This document shows positions 1 through 14,296 of a stretch of 64,000 bases of DNA, in pieces. A program made the translations under genes and the position numbers. Below the pieces are notes generated by a model. The model was not told the origin of the DNA and ran no database searches. It was given only the letters and a program-made list of their open reading frames with translations. Within the stretch, counting starts at the first letter, position 1. Each line of letters starts with the position of its first letter. Source of the DNA: Ramazzottius varieornatus (lineage: Eukaryota > Animalia > Tardigrada); NCBI GenBank assembly GCA_001949185.1, contig BDGG01000003.1, positions 4,833,092 through 4,897,091 of the forward strand. Direction: 5' to 3'.

Positions 1-3000
1 ACGTGGACGGGGTGGTTAGCTTCCTTTCCTGTGATGACAACGTGTTCAAGGTATGGCCTTGAAGAACTGGGAACTCAGCACCAGATTGTTCTCCGAGAGG
101 CGCACGTTCTCAGTAAAGGTGACCGCGAGGGTGCGCCATTTGAGAAACTGGCGAATGTTCCCCCAGTGGCGCACACTTTCGGTGTTATTGAGTGGAAGTA
201 TGCGCCAGCTGAGAAAGTGATCTGGCCGAGTTTCTTTGCCGTGATCTCAGCTGACCTTGTTTTTGAGATTTATGTCGAACTCATTGTGATTGTTCTGTAG
301 GTTTGGCCGCGGTTTTCCAGCAGCGTCGTCATTGACCAAAGCTCTCCTGACACTACGGTTCCTTCAACGTTCTTTCCTTTCCACACTGTGGCCCACGTTC
401 CTTCCTCGGGCAGCGGTGTCAGTTTCTACGAGTGCGAGCTGCCCAGCTCGGCCTCTCCACACCCTTCTCAAGCTCTTGATCTGTACCAGAATCTTCCATT
501 ATCTTTCCCTGTCCAAGAATCTCATTCGCTAGTCCCGCTCTACGCCTGTTTGTTATGTCCACCCATACATTTCGATAGCGAAACCACCTTCCTCCATCAT
601 ATCTCAACCAAGCACGACCTTCCTTTCGTCCGAAACTTCTCCGATAGTCTCGGCGCCATCGCCCAACGAGACGGGCCAAACGGCGAAGCGGTCTGTTCAT
701 GGCTGAAACCCATATCAATTCACGCAGCCGATCCTACTCCACCATTCAAGAGTTCCACTCAAACAAGCCCATTAACGGACAAAGCACGGCTGACACCCCA
801 ACGGGACACTTCCGGCCCGCCGACCGAACCAAAGGAACAAGAGGCTTTTGGCTCTGTGCCAGAAAATGATCTTCCAGAAAATCTATTTTCCCCTCGTCCT
901 GACATGTTACCTTCGGATCTTCCTCCCAGCTTGTCTGTCCTTCAGTTGGAAGAACCAGAAAGCGTGGGTGTGATACGGAAGACGGAGGAAAGCCTTGTTC
1001 GGCCGACCGCACCACCATTCCAAGGTGTGGATCAGTCGGACGCCGATGATAACAGCCTCGATTCCAACTCTGTTCATTCCTATGATCCCGAAGATCTCTC
1101 CCTTCCTTATCGCTCCGAAGAGCACAACCATGGACACACTCACGAACACGGGAAGAGCAGCAGTGTGGAATGTCCCAAGTGTGATGTCGTATTGGGTAAG
1201 TAAAATTTATTCAATGATAACCTTTTCGAAATTTCTGGAATATTTTCTCCTGGATGAAAGTGCGGCTTTATGGTCTGATTTTGCAGAAGGGTGTCTGAAG
1301 TGGGTGAAAATGTTTTCTTTAAAATTTCTTGCAGGCTCGAGCAAGTCACTGGGCGGCCATATGACGATGGTCCATTCGCGCAACTCCTCCAAGACGCTGA
1401 AATGTCCGAAATGCAACTGGCACTACAAATACCAAGAAACGTTAGAAATACACATGAAAGAGAAGCATCCAGACTCGGAAGAGAGCTGTCCGTACTGTTT
1501 GACCGGGCAAAGTCATCCCCGGCTAGCCCGCGGAGAAGTCTACAGTTGTGGGTACAAGCCTTACCGCTGCGACATCTGCAACTACTCCACCACCTCCAAA
1601 GGCAACCTGACCATTCACATGCAGTCCGACAAGCATGTCAACAACGTCCAGGACCGTCAGAAGACTGGCGGGGAGGTGGCTGCTTCGAGTGCGGAAGGCT
1701 TGAGCCCTGTGGAAGAACTACCGCCGCAACCTATTGCTCGCTCGTCATCCAACAGCTCCAACCGCGGTCCCTTCCGCTGTGACATGTGCAACTACGAAAC
1801 AAACGTCTCGAGAAACCTTCGTATTCATATGACTAGTGACAAGCATCAACAGAATGCTGCCCTGTTGATGGGACACAGCAGAAGGCCGGAGGTCGGCATG
1901 ATGACAGCGCCCAATGGCATGGGAATGTTCGACGCCACCACCATGATGCAGGTTCGTGTCGCCGAATGTCCTGCATTGCCTGGCGCGCGAGTTTGGATGA
2001 AAAATGGGCTGTTAAAGTCCTTTTATCCTTTCCGTCAATTTCCGCCCGGGCTGTGCTGTTAAAAATCCGCACCCACCCGGGAGAAATGTACCGAGTCCAT
2101 AAGACGGCCAGAAAGAGAAGTTTATTGGTTTCATTTGTTTTGTATGACTGTCTTATGGTGATTTGAGTCGACTTTCATTGTTCTTTACAGCTGATGGGAA
2201 TGAATGCGGCGGACATGATGACCATGCAGCAAGCCTACATGACGTCGCTGACCAACGGGTCTTCACCCTCAACCGCACAACCATCAGTTCCAAGCGACCT
2301 AAAGCCCGCACCCCACTCATCTCCCCACATTCCCCGCATTCCCGAGGAAACAAAGGTTGTTCAGTGTCTCATCTGCGTCCATTTCCAGACTGACTCTTTC
2401 GAGGACCTCCACGAGCACGTTACGCGCGACCGCAGTGAGGCCTCGCTGGACAGCAACGAGAGCCTGATCATGAACGGCTCGCAATGTATCTGCAAATACT
2501 GCCAGTATAAAACGAACCTGAAAGCCAATTTCCAGCTGCATTGCAAGACCGACAAGCACCTCCAAAGAATGCAGCTGGTCAATCACGTTGCTGAAGGCGG
2601 CACGGAGAACGAGTGGCGCCTACAGCATCTCAGTACCTCGAACCCCGTTCAGGTGAGTTCGTCTTCTCCTCATCGTTTTCTTCCTGATCTCCTTGTAATC
2701 TATCATCTTCACCTACAAACTTGTTTCTGACCTCTCGTCTATCAAATTTGCCATGAAACTCATTCGGGAATGTTTTCGGCTAGGCAGACAGACTCGACAA
2801 GAGTTCTTCCAACTGGCGCATGCTGCCAGTGTTTTGGCTTGGAGAGGGCGCCACTTGGAAAAAACACTCTTGTCGGGTTGGTAGTTCTTGCCAAGTGGCG
2901 CACTTTCTCATTATGATTGGCCGGAGATGTGCGCCACTCAGGGAAACCACCTCGTGGAGTTTGTTTACCGAGCTTCCAATATTTTTTGAATTTTAATTAA

Positions 3001-6000
3001 TGGGTTCCCGTTTTTACCCCGCAGGTTCGCTGTAATGCCTGTGATTACCAGACGAGCAGTGTGACACAAATGCACCATCATTTGGAGAGTAATGAGTCGC
3101 ACGAAGTGAATCGGGCTGTGCTCTTCCGAGTGCGCGACCTTCAATTAGAGGCTAACGTAAACAAGAGTTCGCCGCATTTGCTTAATGCCTCATCATCATT
3201 TATTTCTCCCTCGTCAACACGGAAATGGAAGTTATGCTGCGCCTGCTGTAGTTTCACCAGCAAGTCTCCGGCTAGTTTCATGCAGCACATGCGTAGTGCG
3301 ACTCATTACCGCCATGCCCGCACTCGCAACACGGAGGAAGTCTCTTCCTCAACGACCGCCGCTCATCATCCCGACTACACTACCTTCATCTCCATCAAGG
3401 AAGACCACCCTGCGGAAGAAGGCGAGACTGATTCGGAGGAAGAACAGTTTCTAGGTAAGAGACAGTGGTATTTCGTTAATTGGAATGACTGTCGTCTCTC
3501 CGGGCGGAACCAACGATCTAGCATGTTGGAATGCCGGCGGCTGGCTGTCACTAAGCTCAAAAGGCGTTACTTTGGCCCTATCTACCTGTGTTTTCTTTCA
3601 GTGTAAATTAATAACGTGAAAATCTGACAGCTGGTAATGAAGCCGGATTACTTTGCTGAAACTTGAAAAGCCGAATATGTGATGCGTGTTTTTCTCGCGA
3701 AAAGTTTTCCAGCAACTTGAACTTGCTGATCAAGCACTTAAAATTTCACTGGTGCTTGACGTTTATAACCCTCATCGGTACTTTTCCTCATTACTGATTA
3801 GCATTCGCGTAGGGGGTAAACACGGAAGGCTGAAAGTTGCGTTTTGCCGTTTCAGTTTGCCTTCGTCAATATTCTCCTGAATATTTTTTCTGGATATATC
3901 CAGGCTTTTGTTGAATTTTCGGAGCCAGGTTGTGAACGTTTTTCTCGCCTCTGAACTTTTCTTTTAACAGACTGATAAAAAAACTGGAATATTTTTTGGC
4001 AGTTTCGGTTTTGAATATTTCGGATATTTATTCGGTTTCGAATATTTTGGACATTTTTCGCAGTTTAGTTTAGTTCCTTTACTGTTTCGATTTTCGGTCG
4101 CCTTCATTTTCTCACTCGGCATGTTGTTGTAGATGAGCGCGAGCAGGCCCTGCTGGAAGTCCAAGAAGAACCCACCGATCGCTCTTCCCGCCCGCATCCG
4201 GTCTTCATGTGTCCCCTCTGCCAAGAGCCTTCCTACAGCAGAGACCGGCTGAAGCTCCATCTCACCGGCAAGCACAAGGTGGACGCTGGTGAAGCCCTGT
4301 CCAAGCTAATGCGTCTAGTGGAGACCTCCGATACCTGGACCGAGGGCGCCGTGTCGCGGGAGCCATCACCGTCCTCCACGACGTCTGAAGCCGAAGGCGA
4401 CAAGGCCCTACACCTTTCAGAAGCCAGCCATCATAATCACCATGACATGCACGACGTCTATCGGTGCCAAAAGTGCTCGGAGAACTTCAAGAACATTGAA
4501 CAGCTGTACGCACACCAGAACGACAAGTGTCAGCTGGAGCTGAAACAGACCCCGCGAGGCCCGGGTTACCTGTGCTGGAAGAAGGGCTGTAATCAGTACT
4601 TTAAGAGCAAGCAGAGCCTCCAGATGCATTTCACCGAGATCCATGCGAGGAAAGCCCAAGCTGGAATAACGCAACACGTTGAAGTAAGTACCCCCTCCAC
4701 CTTCTCGCTCAGTCGGAGAACCTCAACGAACAAAATTTCGTCCTGGCATAATTATTAGCCTGGACAAAATTTTTGACCACCGGCCGAAAGCGACAACGCT
4801 TTGATTGATTGTCAGTTTAGCCGGGAGATGCCGCTTTCGGCCAGTGGGCAAAAAGTTTCTCCGGGCCAGTAATTAGGTTAGACGTGTGTACGTCATCACA
4901 TACTCGCACACAGGGGCCTAACTTTCATTAGGCCATGCATGTATGCAAGTTCACGTTAGATTGCGCCGCTGTGCGTAATAATTCACCACCTGCGTACAGG
5001 AAGCTGCATGTGTTTTGCAGGGTCCTTGTATGCAGGTGGATGAAAACCTTTCCACTGTTTACTGGCTGGTTTGTTTGCAGTCGTAAAGGGTGCTTTTGTT
5101 CCTTCTAGAATCTTCACGATTCGGACGGTGCCAGCACACCGCACACCGACGAGAACTCGCAGAACGGCGACGGCGAGATGGACGACGAGCTGAACTCGAC
5201 TTCCCTGGCAGAGTCCGGCTACCGCGACGTGACCCGCAAATACAAGTGCCACCGGTGCAAGCTTGCCTTCACCAACCAGAACTACTTGACAGCCCACAAC
5301 AAGACCCCTCAACACCGCAAAGGCGAGAAGAGCAACTATTCCATGGAGAAGTATATGGACCCCAACCGCCCTTACAAGTGCGAAGTCTGTCGCGAATCAT
5401 TCACCCAGAAAAACATCCTCCTCGTCCACTACAACTCTGTTTCTCACCTACACAAATTGAAGAAGTACCGCAACCAGCAAGACAGGAAGTTCAGCAACTT
5501 CGAAGCCAACACTGAAGCAGTTTCCCCTGTTCCGAAAAGACCTTCCTCAAACTCGCTCGAAGACGATTCGAAGCCTTACCGCTGTAAAGTTTGTAAAGTA
5601 GCTTACGCCAACGCTTCCAACCTCGACATTCATGTGCGTTCTGTCGCTCATCAGAGTCGCATGGCCAAAGCTCAGTGTGTGACGATCTTACCGGTTTCCA
5701 GCGCCGTGGATCTGTCGCAGTCGGTCCAGCGGGAACACGCAAGTCCGGACAGGATGGAGGAGGACGAAGAAGTGGTGTCGTTGCCGCCAGTGTCCAACCT
5801 GGACGAGAAAGAAAAGGAGTCAGTTTTTCAGAGAGTACCGCAGTCTAGGTCGGTGAGCCCAACCGTGACAAGGAGGACGGTTGGAAGAGGGAGAGGGAAC
5901 GTGGGATGGATGTCCATGATGGAGAATATCGGCTTGGAAGTCGTTCAGCACGGCCTTGAGGTGCGCACTGGAAAAATACATAATTATTAGTTCGAGAATT

Positions 6001-9000
6001 CGGTGAATAATTCGTAGAAAAATGGCGACAAGGTCGTTTTTCTCAAGTGGCGCACGCTTGCGGCCATTTACGCTAAAACCGTGCGCCGCTGGGGAAGACA
6101 GTCTTGTCGAGCTTCCAATTTGGCAAATGAAATTCATTTGTCGTCCTACAATTGATCCTTCTTTGTTTAGAATGGCCAGAAGCCCTTGAAGAAGTCTAAG
6201 GACACGACCTTAGAGCCCGTCGAAGGTGAAAATTCGATACCTGACAAAGCATCATCAAAGAACGAGTGCCAAGTCTGTCACAAGCAGTTCTCCTCACAAT
6301 GGATCCTCAAAGTCCACAAAGAGTCCTCTCACGGTGACTTTATCCCCAGTAAGATCCTCGAAGCCGTCGCCAGCGAGTACCGCAAGACCATCCGCGCGGA
6401 CAAGTCTAAACAGAAACGTCCGATGGAAGCCGAGCCTTCCTCAAAAACAACCGAGAAAGACTCGCCGAAGAAACTTCGAGAATCCCAACAAGCCAACATT
6501 ACTTCTTCCAGTCCACAACCCTCCACTTCTTCTTCGACCAACGCTGCTAACTCGTATGCAGCTGACTTGATGGCTGCCCAAGCCATGCAGTTACTACCGT
6601 TGCTCTACCCTGGGTTAGGCATGGCCGGAATGAACATGATGGGACTACAAGCCGCCATGATGAACCTCCAGCCTCAGCTGATGGCCAACAACGGGCAGTA
6701 TCTAGAAGCACTCGGCTTACCTGACCTGTCCAAAGGGGGTTCAGGCCAGGCTTCGGCCAAAGGGTACCAGGTTGGGCAGAACGGGGAGAAGAGGAACCGG
6801 ACGAGGATCACTGAAGAGCAGCAGGCGATCCTCCGAGCCAACTTTGACATCAAAAGTTCGCCTTCGGATGAGCTGCTCCAGTGTCTCTGTGAACAGACGG
6901 GGTTAGAACTGAAGGTGGTGAAGCACTGGTACAGGAACACGCTGTTCAAAGAGAGACAGAGGAACAAAGACTCACCGTACAACTTCAACGTCCCGCCGAA
7001 TCCCAACTCGGTTGTGGAAGATGCTTCTTCGTCTGAAAGAGGGGAAGAAAGACCGAGTGTCATTGAATCGGTGGTGAATGCAGAACCGAGAAGGGAGGTG
7101 AAGGAAGAGAAGATCAGGGTACCGGTCATTGTCAAGAGGGAGAAGAGTGTCGATTCGGTGGTGGAGGAAGCGACTAGTCGGTCCATGAGGGATACTTCCG
7201 TCAGTCAGATGACCATGTCGACTCCATCGCCTACTCCGGGATTCAACGGTCCTCTGTCGACAAGCGGATCTATCAGCCAGCAGTTCCAGATGGGTGAGGA
7301 TCGTGGTGGTGGGAAGAGAGCTAATCGGACCAGATTCACCGAACTCCAGGTAAGAAATGAAGAAGTCCAATGTCTAAAATTCCTGGATGCAGAAGTCGAA
7401 AATCTAAACTTGTCTGGTGACGTCACTATTCTTCCATTGTCCCGGAAATGATGCCCTGGTCATGTTGTTAAGTTTTATACAATAACCTAGGTGAAATTTG
7501 ACGCGGTTATGTTGACAAGGGGTTGATTGATTGATTGTTTGTTATGGTAGATCAAAGCCCTGCAAGATTATTTCGATCGGAACGCTTACCCGAAAGACGA
7601 CGATCTGGAGGATCTCAGTCGTGCTTTGGACCTCCAGCCCCGCGTGATCACCGTCTGGTTCCAGAACGCTCGACAGAAAGCGCGCAAGTCGTACGAGAAC
7701 ACCACACCACCGGAAGAAGAAGCTCCGGTGATCCGTACGCCCAGCCTGAACTACCAGTGCAAGAAGTGCCTGCAGGTCTTCCAGAAATACTACGAGTTGA
7801 TTCGTCACCAACGCGTCCAGTGCTCCGGAACATCGGCAGGCCTCAACATGAAGGACATTGACGACGCTTGTAGCGTGGCTTCCGCCAGCTCCGTAACCTC
7901 GTCCAAACTGGGATCGGTGAAGGCGGAACGCGACCTGAGTAACGGCGGTGGTACATACACCAACACCATACCGGTTGCGTCTGTCCTTGCAGCAGCGCCC
8001 TTCATGTTCTCTGGTCTCTACCCAGCCAACAGCCCCTTCGGCATGCTTCAGATGGAGGCGATATCGAATCCTGTGCCTGGGACATCGCAGAGTGCGGGAT
8101 CATCGCCGCTACCGCTGGGTCCGGGGAAGAGAAAGGTGTCATCGGATGACGAGAACGACGGTGGCGAGTCGGGCAGCAAGCGAGTGCGGACGACCATCGC
8201 GCCTGAACAGCTGGATTTCTTGCTTCAACAGTACAAGATCGACCAGAACCCTAGCCGAAAGACGCTGGAACATGTCGCTGCAAGAACAGGTACGACCGCA
8301 ACCCTTTCAAAAGCATGCGCCGGTTCAACCGGCTGCGTTGTCATAAAGGCGCGCTACTTCATATGGATAATGTACCTTGGGGATCGCTTTGATGGCAACT
8401 TTCCTCTCTTGTCTTACTGCGGCTGTTGCTCTGTTTGAAAGACTTGATCCAGTCGCTGAAAATGGCTCGGATTCTGACAGGGTTCTCTTTGTTTGTAGGT
8501 CTGAAGAAGAGAGTGGTACAGGTGTGGTACCAAAACACTCGCGCACGAGACCGCAAAGGCGCGCTGAATGTCAAACAAGTCAACAAGCGCTGTCCGGTGT
8601 GCCGTTTGAAATTCTCCGCTCGCAACACCCTGGAAGCCCACATTTCCACCAAGCACGCGGATATCTACTGTAAAGGAGATGTCAACGTGGACAGCCTTCC
8701 CGACACTGATGGAGGCGACTCAGCCGATGATCATTCCATGGCGCGATCTACACCCAGCCCCGTTCCTCTTCCACCAAAGGTACCATCCCCTCCTTCCGAG
8801 CTGATCTCATATTTGTCACACCGACTGGCTTCAAGTTCTTTACAGTTTTCAAAATCGATCTTTTGTCAAATTATTTATATTTTGATTTTTTAGGTGGCTC
8901 TTCCGTCCTCTTCCGCCTCGACATTGCACATGTCTTACTCGATGCAACGTTCTTACGAAGAAGCCATGAAGAAGTTTCTGACCAACACCGAGATCACACC

Positions 9001-11375
9001 TTCCATCCCGCTGTCCCAGCCAACTTCCGTCATCGTTAAAGCCAACCCGAAGCCGTCTTCCACATCAACCGACGCACCGCTGGACCTATCCGCGCCAGCG
9101 ACCTCCAGTAAGCAATCCACTTCTTCGACAGTCACTGCAGCTTCTCTAGCCATGCTGGGCGCCTTCAATAACCACGACGACAGCTATGGTGGCGACCAAG
9201 AAAGTAGCGATCAGGAGGACGGCTCGAACATGCGTGGCGGCGATGGTTCCGTCAGCCAGAGTGGCCGACAGGGCAAACGGTACAGAACTCAGATGAGCAA
9301 CGCCCAGTTGAAAGTCATGAAGAGGCTTTTCGATGACTATAAGACACCGTCGATGGTCGAATGTGAAACGGTGGGAGAAGCCATCGGTCTGCCCAAAAGA
9401 GTCGTCCAGGTAACTTTCCCATCGAACCGGACAACCATTCTTGGGTCGGCACGGTAGAAAAAAAGCAATATAGACATGTCTGTCAAGGCTGTGCCCAGCA
9501 AGGCTTTGACAGCAGTAAGTACCTAATTCGAAGATGTTTTCAGTTTTCTGTTCTTGGTAGGTATGGTTTCAGAATGCTCGAGCGAAGGACAAGAAGAACC
9601 CGCGGCCCGCCGGTTTCGAGGGGGGTAAACCACCGATCACGGACCACTGCCCCATGTGCAACGTCACCTTCTCGACCAAGCTCACCCTGCAGGACCACCT
9701 CTTCACCAAGGAACACATCGGCCAGCTGAAAAAGAGCGAAGACTGCCACGACGGACCTTCAACCAGCTCCATGATGGCTCGTCTGTCCTCTCCAGCACCG
9801 AAAGCCGATCGTGAACCTGTTCGACAGAGCGTCGTTGTGACCAACCATGCCAAGAAGAGCCCGAGAGAGGGAAGTGGCGACAGGAAGCACGTGAACGAAG
9901 TGTCGCAGTCCGCTTCGAAGAAAGCACAGAGCGCGAAGAACGAAGCGTCGGATCAACTGGCGCGAACACAGCAAAGTATTCAGCAGATGCAACAAGCGGC
10001 GGTGGCTCAAGCCGCCATGAATCCGTACGGAGATTTGAGTGCCATGATGATGAATGGCGCCATGGACCCGATGATGGCCTACATGTGCGCCATGAACCCG
10101 TACTACAATCCAGCCGCCATGCTGAATCCGTATGCCGGTAAGAATAACTATACACACAAAAAAGCTCAGGAACAGGACCTCGAAATTAATGTCTGAAAAG
10201 TAATACGGGGGCTTCAGGCTCGCCAGACAAGCTCGACCAGATTGTCTCACCAAGTGGCGCACTTCTCGAGCCGATGACACTAGAGCCGTGCGCCACGTAC
10301 GGAAACACTCAATCTCAACGAGATAGTTTTTTCCAGGTCGCGCACTCCACCAGCCGAAAATACAGAGACTGCGCGCCACTTTGAAAAAGCATCTGATTCA
10401 GTTTCGTTTGCCAGGCTTCCATGTATAGTCGAAAAGATAACAAAAGATAGCAAAACTACTAACACCTCTGTCAAAAAATCAACTAAATTAAAAGCCGAAC
10501 TTTCGAAAACGATAATACAGAAATTTGTGAACAGGTTTTGACGGTGATGTTTTTGTAGGTCTGATGTACATGGGTGATCCAACCGTTCATGGCACAGCTC
10601 TCCACAATCTTCAGCTCCCGCCCGGTGTAGCTGAGCAGATCTTCTCCAAGCTGAATTCAAACGAAAGGTCGGCGAATCCGTCCGCGGTGGCTTTTGCCCA
10701 AGACGGAAAGCGGTTGAGCGACCTCCGCGAAGTCGTATCCGCTTCGGACTTTGCCTGTGCCACCAGCAGTCAGAGCGACATTGGCAGTGTGTGTCGCAAA
10801 TGTCAAACAGTCTTCCCGACGGAAGCCAACTGTAAAGCCCACCAGAGCAGCCTGTGCTTCCCGGGATCGAAAGACCCAAAGAATATCCTGAAACTCCAAC
10901 AGGTAATGAGAAATTGACCGAATAATCGGAAATTCGAAGCTCCGTAAACACACAGACAGATAAGCTAACAAACTTTTCAAGATTAGTTTAGCAAGCGGCG
11001 CGCGTTTTCGGTGTGACCGGCTGTAAGCGCGCGTCACGCGGGCAAGCAATCTTGCCGAGTTTGACAGTCTTTCCAAGTGACGCACATACCAGTGTCAGAG
11101 GCTGAATGTGTGCGCCACTTAAACAAACGCTGTTGCCGAACTCGCACTCCAACTCAAAATTTGAATTTCAAGTTTTCGAATTTTACTGAGTTCTCCTGCT
11201 GTTTTTCCAGATTCATTTCCATTGTACGGTATGCCAGAAACAGTTGCCGACCATCACGGACTTCAAGCAGCACTGCAGTACACCGTCACACCAAAAGAAT
11301 CGGCACAGTCAAGCAACGCCTTCCCTGAAGAAGACATCTTCCGGTGCACATTTGGAAGAGAAGCGGAACCGATGA
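1..11375 (+). CDS. zfh2: Zinc-finger homeobox protein (zfh2/ZFHX3-4/ATBF1 family), 5'-partial, multi-exon
   Basis: Frame-consistent GT-AG exons: <1-50, 301-1195, 1335-1951, 2191-2652, 3025-3454, 4133-4683, 5109-5960, 6171-7349, 7551-8289, 8499-8779, 8894-9409, 9561-10137, 10559-10902, 11211-11375 (TGA). Family signatures: [32 protein letters not shown] and [27 protein letters not shown]. Four homeodomains ([29 protein letters not shown]), many C2H2 fingers, and a PLDLS motif near 9077. Confidence 0.95.
68..245. repeat. Palindromic N25 element, 2 modules (zfh2 intron)
   Basis: GGCGCAC..GTGCGCCA twice; ends GGGAACTCAGCA / TTTGCCG. Confidence 0.75.
2775..2979. repeat. Palindromic N25 element, 2 modules (zfh2 intron)
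   Basis: CTCGACAAGA..TGGCGCA..GCGCCACTTG twice; right end GTTTACCGAGCTTCC. Confidence 0.85.
4750..4874. repeat. ~46-bp imperfect inverted repeat in a zfh2 intron
   Basis: AATTATTAGCCTGGACAAAATTTTTGACCACCGGCCGAAAGCG versus CGCTTTCGGCCAGTGGGCAAAAAGTTTCTCCGGGCCAGTAATT. Confidence 0.7.
6020..6120. repeat. Palindromic N25 element, 1 module (zfh2 intron)
   Basis: CAAGTGGCGCAC..GTGCGCCGCTG..CTTGTCGAGCTTCC. Confidence 0.8.
10209..10419. repeat. Palindromic N25 element, 2 modules (zfh2 intron)
   Basis: CAAGTGGCGCAC..GTGCGCCAC plus a second degenerate module. Confidence 0.8.
10945..11143. repeat. Palindromic N25 element, 2 modules (zfh2 last intron)
   Basis: CAAGCGGCGCGC.. and CAAGTGACGCAC..GTGCGCCACTT. 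Confidence 0.75.
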
Positions 11376-11857
11376 AGCTGATCCAGACTTCGCATAGAGA
11401 GATTCTCGTTTTTTTGTTGAACATAACCTGTGAAAGACTGCGCATGACAGTCTGCATGCGGATGACGGTTCATAGCCGGTTGGGACATAGCTGGAATAGT
11501 TTCTATTATCTCTTGACGTGTTGAGTGTATTCATTCCCAAGAAGTTTTCCTGAAATCGATGATTCTTCCTTTCTGTTTTTTGCCAAATGACAGCAATAAT
11601 CTCATTCTCTCCTATTTTTCCTTTTCCGAAGACTTTGACATTTTATTCTTTAATTTACGGATGTCACTGCTGCGATCGCAGCAGTCCTCTTGATTTCCGC
11701 AAGAGATGAAACCATTGTTTTTTGAATTTTATTGGTATTTTATGTGGCTACCAAGCTTCCTTGTTCCTTGCTGTACGTTTTGTTTTTCTCTTTTAGCCGT
11801 AAATCTCGACGGACTCCACTGCGAACCGCTTACACTTATGTACATTACAAGTGTCAC

Positions 11858-11867
11858 AATAAATAAA
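11858..11867 (+). terminator. Probable polyadenylation signal (overlapping AATAAA) of the zfh2 gene
   Basis: AATAAATAAA about 480 nt after the stop, at the end of an AT/T-rich 3' UTR. Confidence 0.55.
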
Positions 11868-14296
11868 ATTAATGATAAGTGAAATTCTACTTGAAATTGT
11901 CAAATTCGGTGAAACCAAAAAGACGTAGAAAGTACACTACACACGCGAAGGGAAAGTTTGGAACAGTAAAAAGTTTGGAACGGGCGATTCCGAAACTGCG
12001 GAATAGAAGTTCGTACGTACATGTGCAATTCACACCAATGCACTGTTTGACGATTTTCTACGGTTGAGTCGTCAAGTTACTGTCTTTTTGAATTTTCCCT
12101 TCGCGCGTGCACAAGGTATCATCTCCAGCGCGTGCTACACTTCGGCCTCAGACTCGTAAGAATTTATGCGAAGCGATCTTCGGAGCACACCATGTAAGAG
12201 TATCCACGGCGGAGAGGTTGTGAAAATCGTCCTACATCGGCAGCACGCTCGACCGCGCTGAAAAAATTCTGACATTTTAAGGAGTACGGCAGCGGAGTGA
12301 AGGAAGGCCGGAAATCTGTGAGACCTGTGTCGAAAAGTGCCATTCGCGGCAATAGAACCTTCCGATGGCCGAAAGATGGCGCCAGCTGAGAAAGTGCGGG
12401 CTGGCCACCTTCGCTTTTGTTTCCTCCCCTATCCCATTCTCCACTGCAGTACGTACGAATAGCACCAAAGCTTTGGAATGCAGCTCCAATTGTCTTGATT
12501 TCTACAAGTATCGCTGGTCACAGAGGTGGGTATTGGGTTTGAAAGACGTCAACGAGGGGCAATTCCCTTGCCGGCTCGAAAGTGTGGTGCGAGAACTTTC
12601 GTCTTCCCGGAAAGACCTCGATCCTCTTGCACCCGGCCCGACGTCACAATACTACCGAAAAAAAAGAAGCAAAGGATGAAAGAAAAGGAGCATGCAGGAA
12701 TGTGCCGCCAAGTAAAGACTACATCCCTTTGATATTCCGACCGTTAGTGTTTCCGGTAAGTGGTGTCTACGGATCAATGGGCTGATCCATACCCAAGCAA
12801 TGTGGCGCAGATATACCTCTGCTGAAAATTAACGCCCTCTTACAAAGAACGAAGGAAGGCACTGGTCGATGGGTGATCGTGACTCGATCGTCGTCGAGTC
12901 CACCCAACTTGATATAACAACTTGGAGGAAGTGGAGAGGCTACATGCTGGGCGACGATGCGTAATAACTATCCAAAGTTATTCAAGTGGCGCACAAGGCA
13001 CAACAGTCGAAACACACGGCAAGACAGACGAGACCAATGTAACCACCCTGGGCTAATATCTGTGAACATTCTTGCGACGAGGCATGGCCCGAGCCGCAAA
13101 TCACAATCGCGGCGTACTTCGCAACACGCGGTCGCCGAGTACAACATCGATGATTCGTGCCTGACAGTGGAAAGTGTAAAGACGAGACTCTTTGGCCCGT
13201 AGTCGCATACAAGCCCAGCCATGCGTCGATGCTCGAAAGAAAACCTCAAACGTATTGCCTCATTTCACTCACGTACTACGGTGAATATATCTCATCTCTA
13301 TCACGTCGCCTGCTGTGGCTGGTGTGCTTTCAAGTGAGTACAAAATATTTCAGGAGCGAGTCAGTAAACTTGCCTCAATACATGGCCACACCATCAAATC
13401 TTCAAACTGGCTTTGGCTTGATACTGGCACCCAACACGGAACACACGACAGACTATATCTCATCCATTTCGCCTTGGCTGTTTTTAGAGCAACGTGGTTG
13501 TCATTAGCATTCATCGCGCTTTTGCACTCGAACCTTGCCAGACTTGTCCAAGAAAAGGTACGCTGTTTCCTCAACCTAACTCCTTCCGTGTTTCCCCCAG
13601 TGTCGTTCATTCCTCCATGCTGCTTGTTTCTCGATAGACCAGATGTTGCTGGAATCAAGGCGACGGCAGCAGATTCGCCTAGGTAAGGATCTGTTATCGA
13701 TTTTGCACGCTAAAAAGGAGGCCGTTTTTTTCTTCGATGTAGACATTTGAAAATCCATGGGAGTCTCCCCAGTATACACTGACAGCTTTCAGGCGATGTA
13801 ACCTTCGTTACTTTGCCAAAATAGGCAGAAACAGTTAATTGTATGCCTTTTGCTGTTACACATGCTACCCATTCGTAAATCGGCTAAAACTGGAGATTTC
13901 GAAAAATGGGATTGTCGTTGTTGATCGCGAAAGATAGAAATTTCACACCGAGAACCGCAGAGAAAAGTGAAGACCGAACAATGGCTGCGATCTATGTTTG
14001 GTATGTTGGTGAGCACGTGAAAAGAGCCCCGTAGAGCTCGAATGAAAAGACCATGTGACTGATAAGATAGTGCGTGACTTGACCCGGGTCCTGGGTACGG
14101 GGGCGAAGTTAGGAGCTGTGGTTTAGGAACTGTTGTAGTCTTGTGGAACCTTTGTCCAATCAAGCGTGGTTCATCGAATGATACAACTTGAAAACTTCCG
14201 ACGTTGCTGTTTTTTTTTTGCAGCCGACTAAAGAGGAAACAAGGTTGCGCCCGGTTCGAACAGCTGACTGACGGATAATTCTCCTGGGACTTGATC

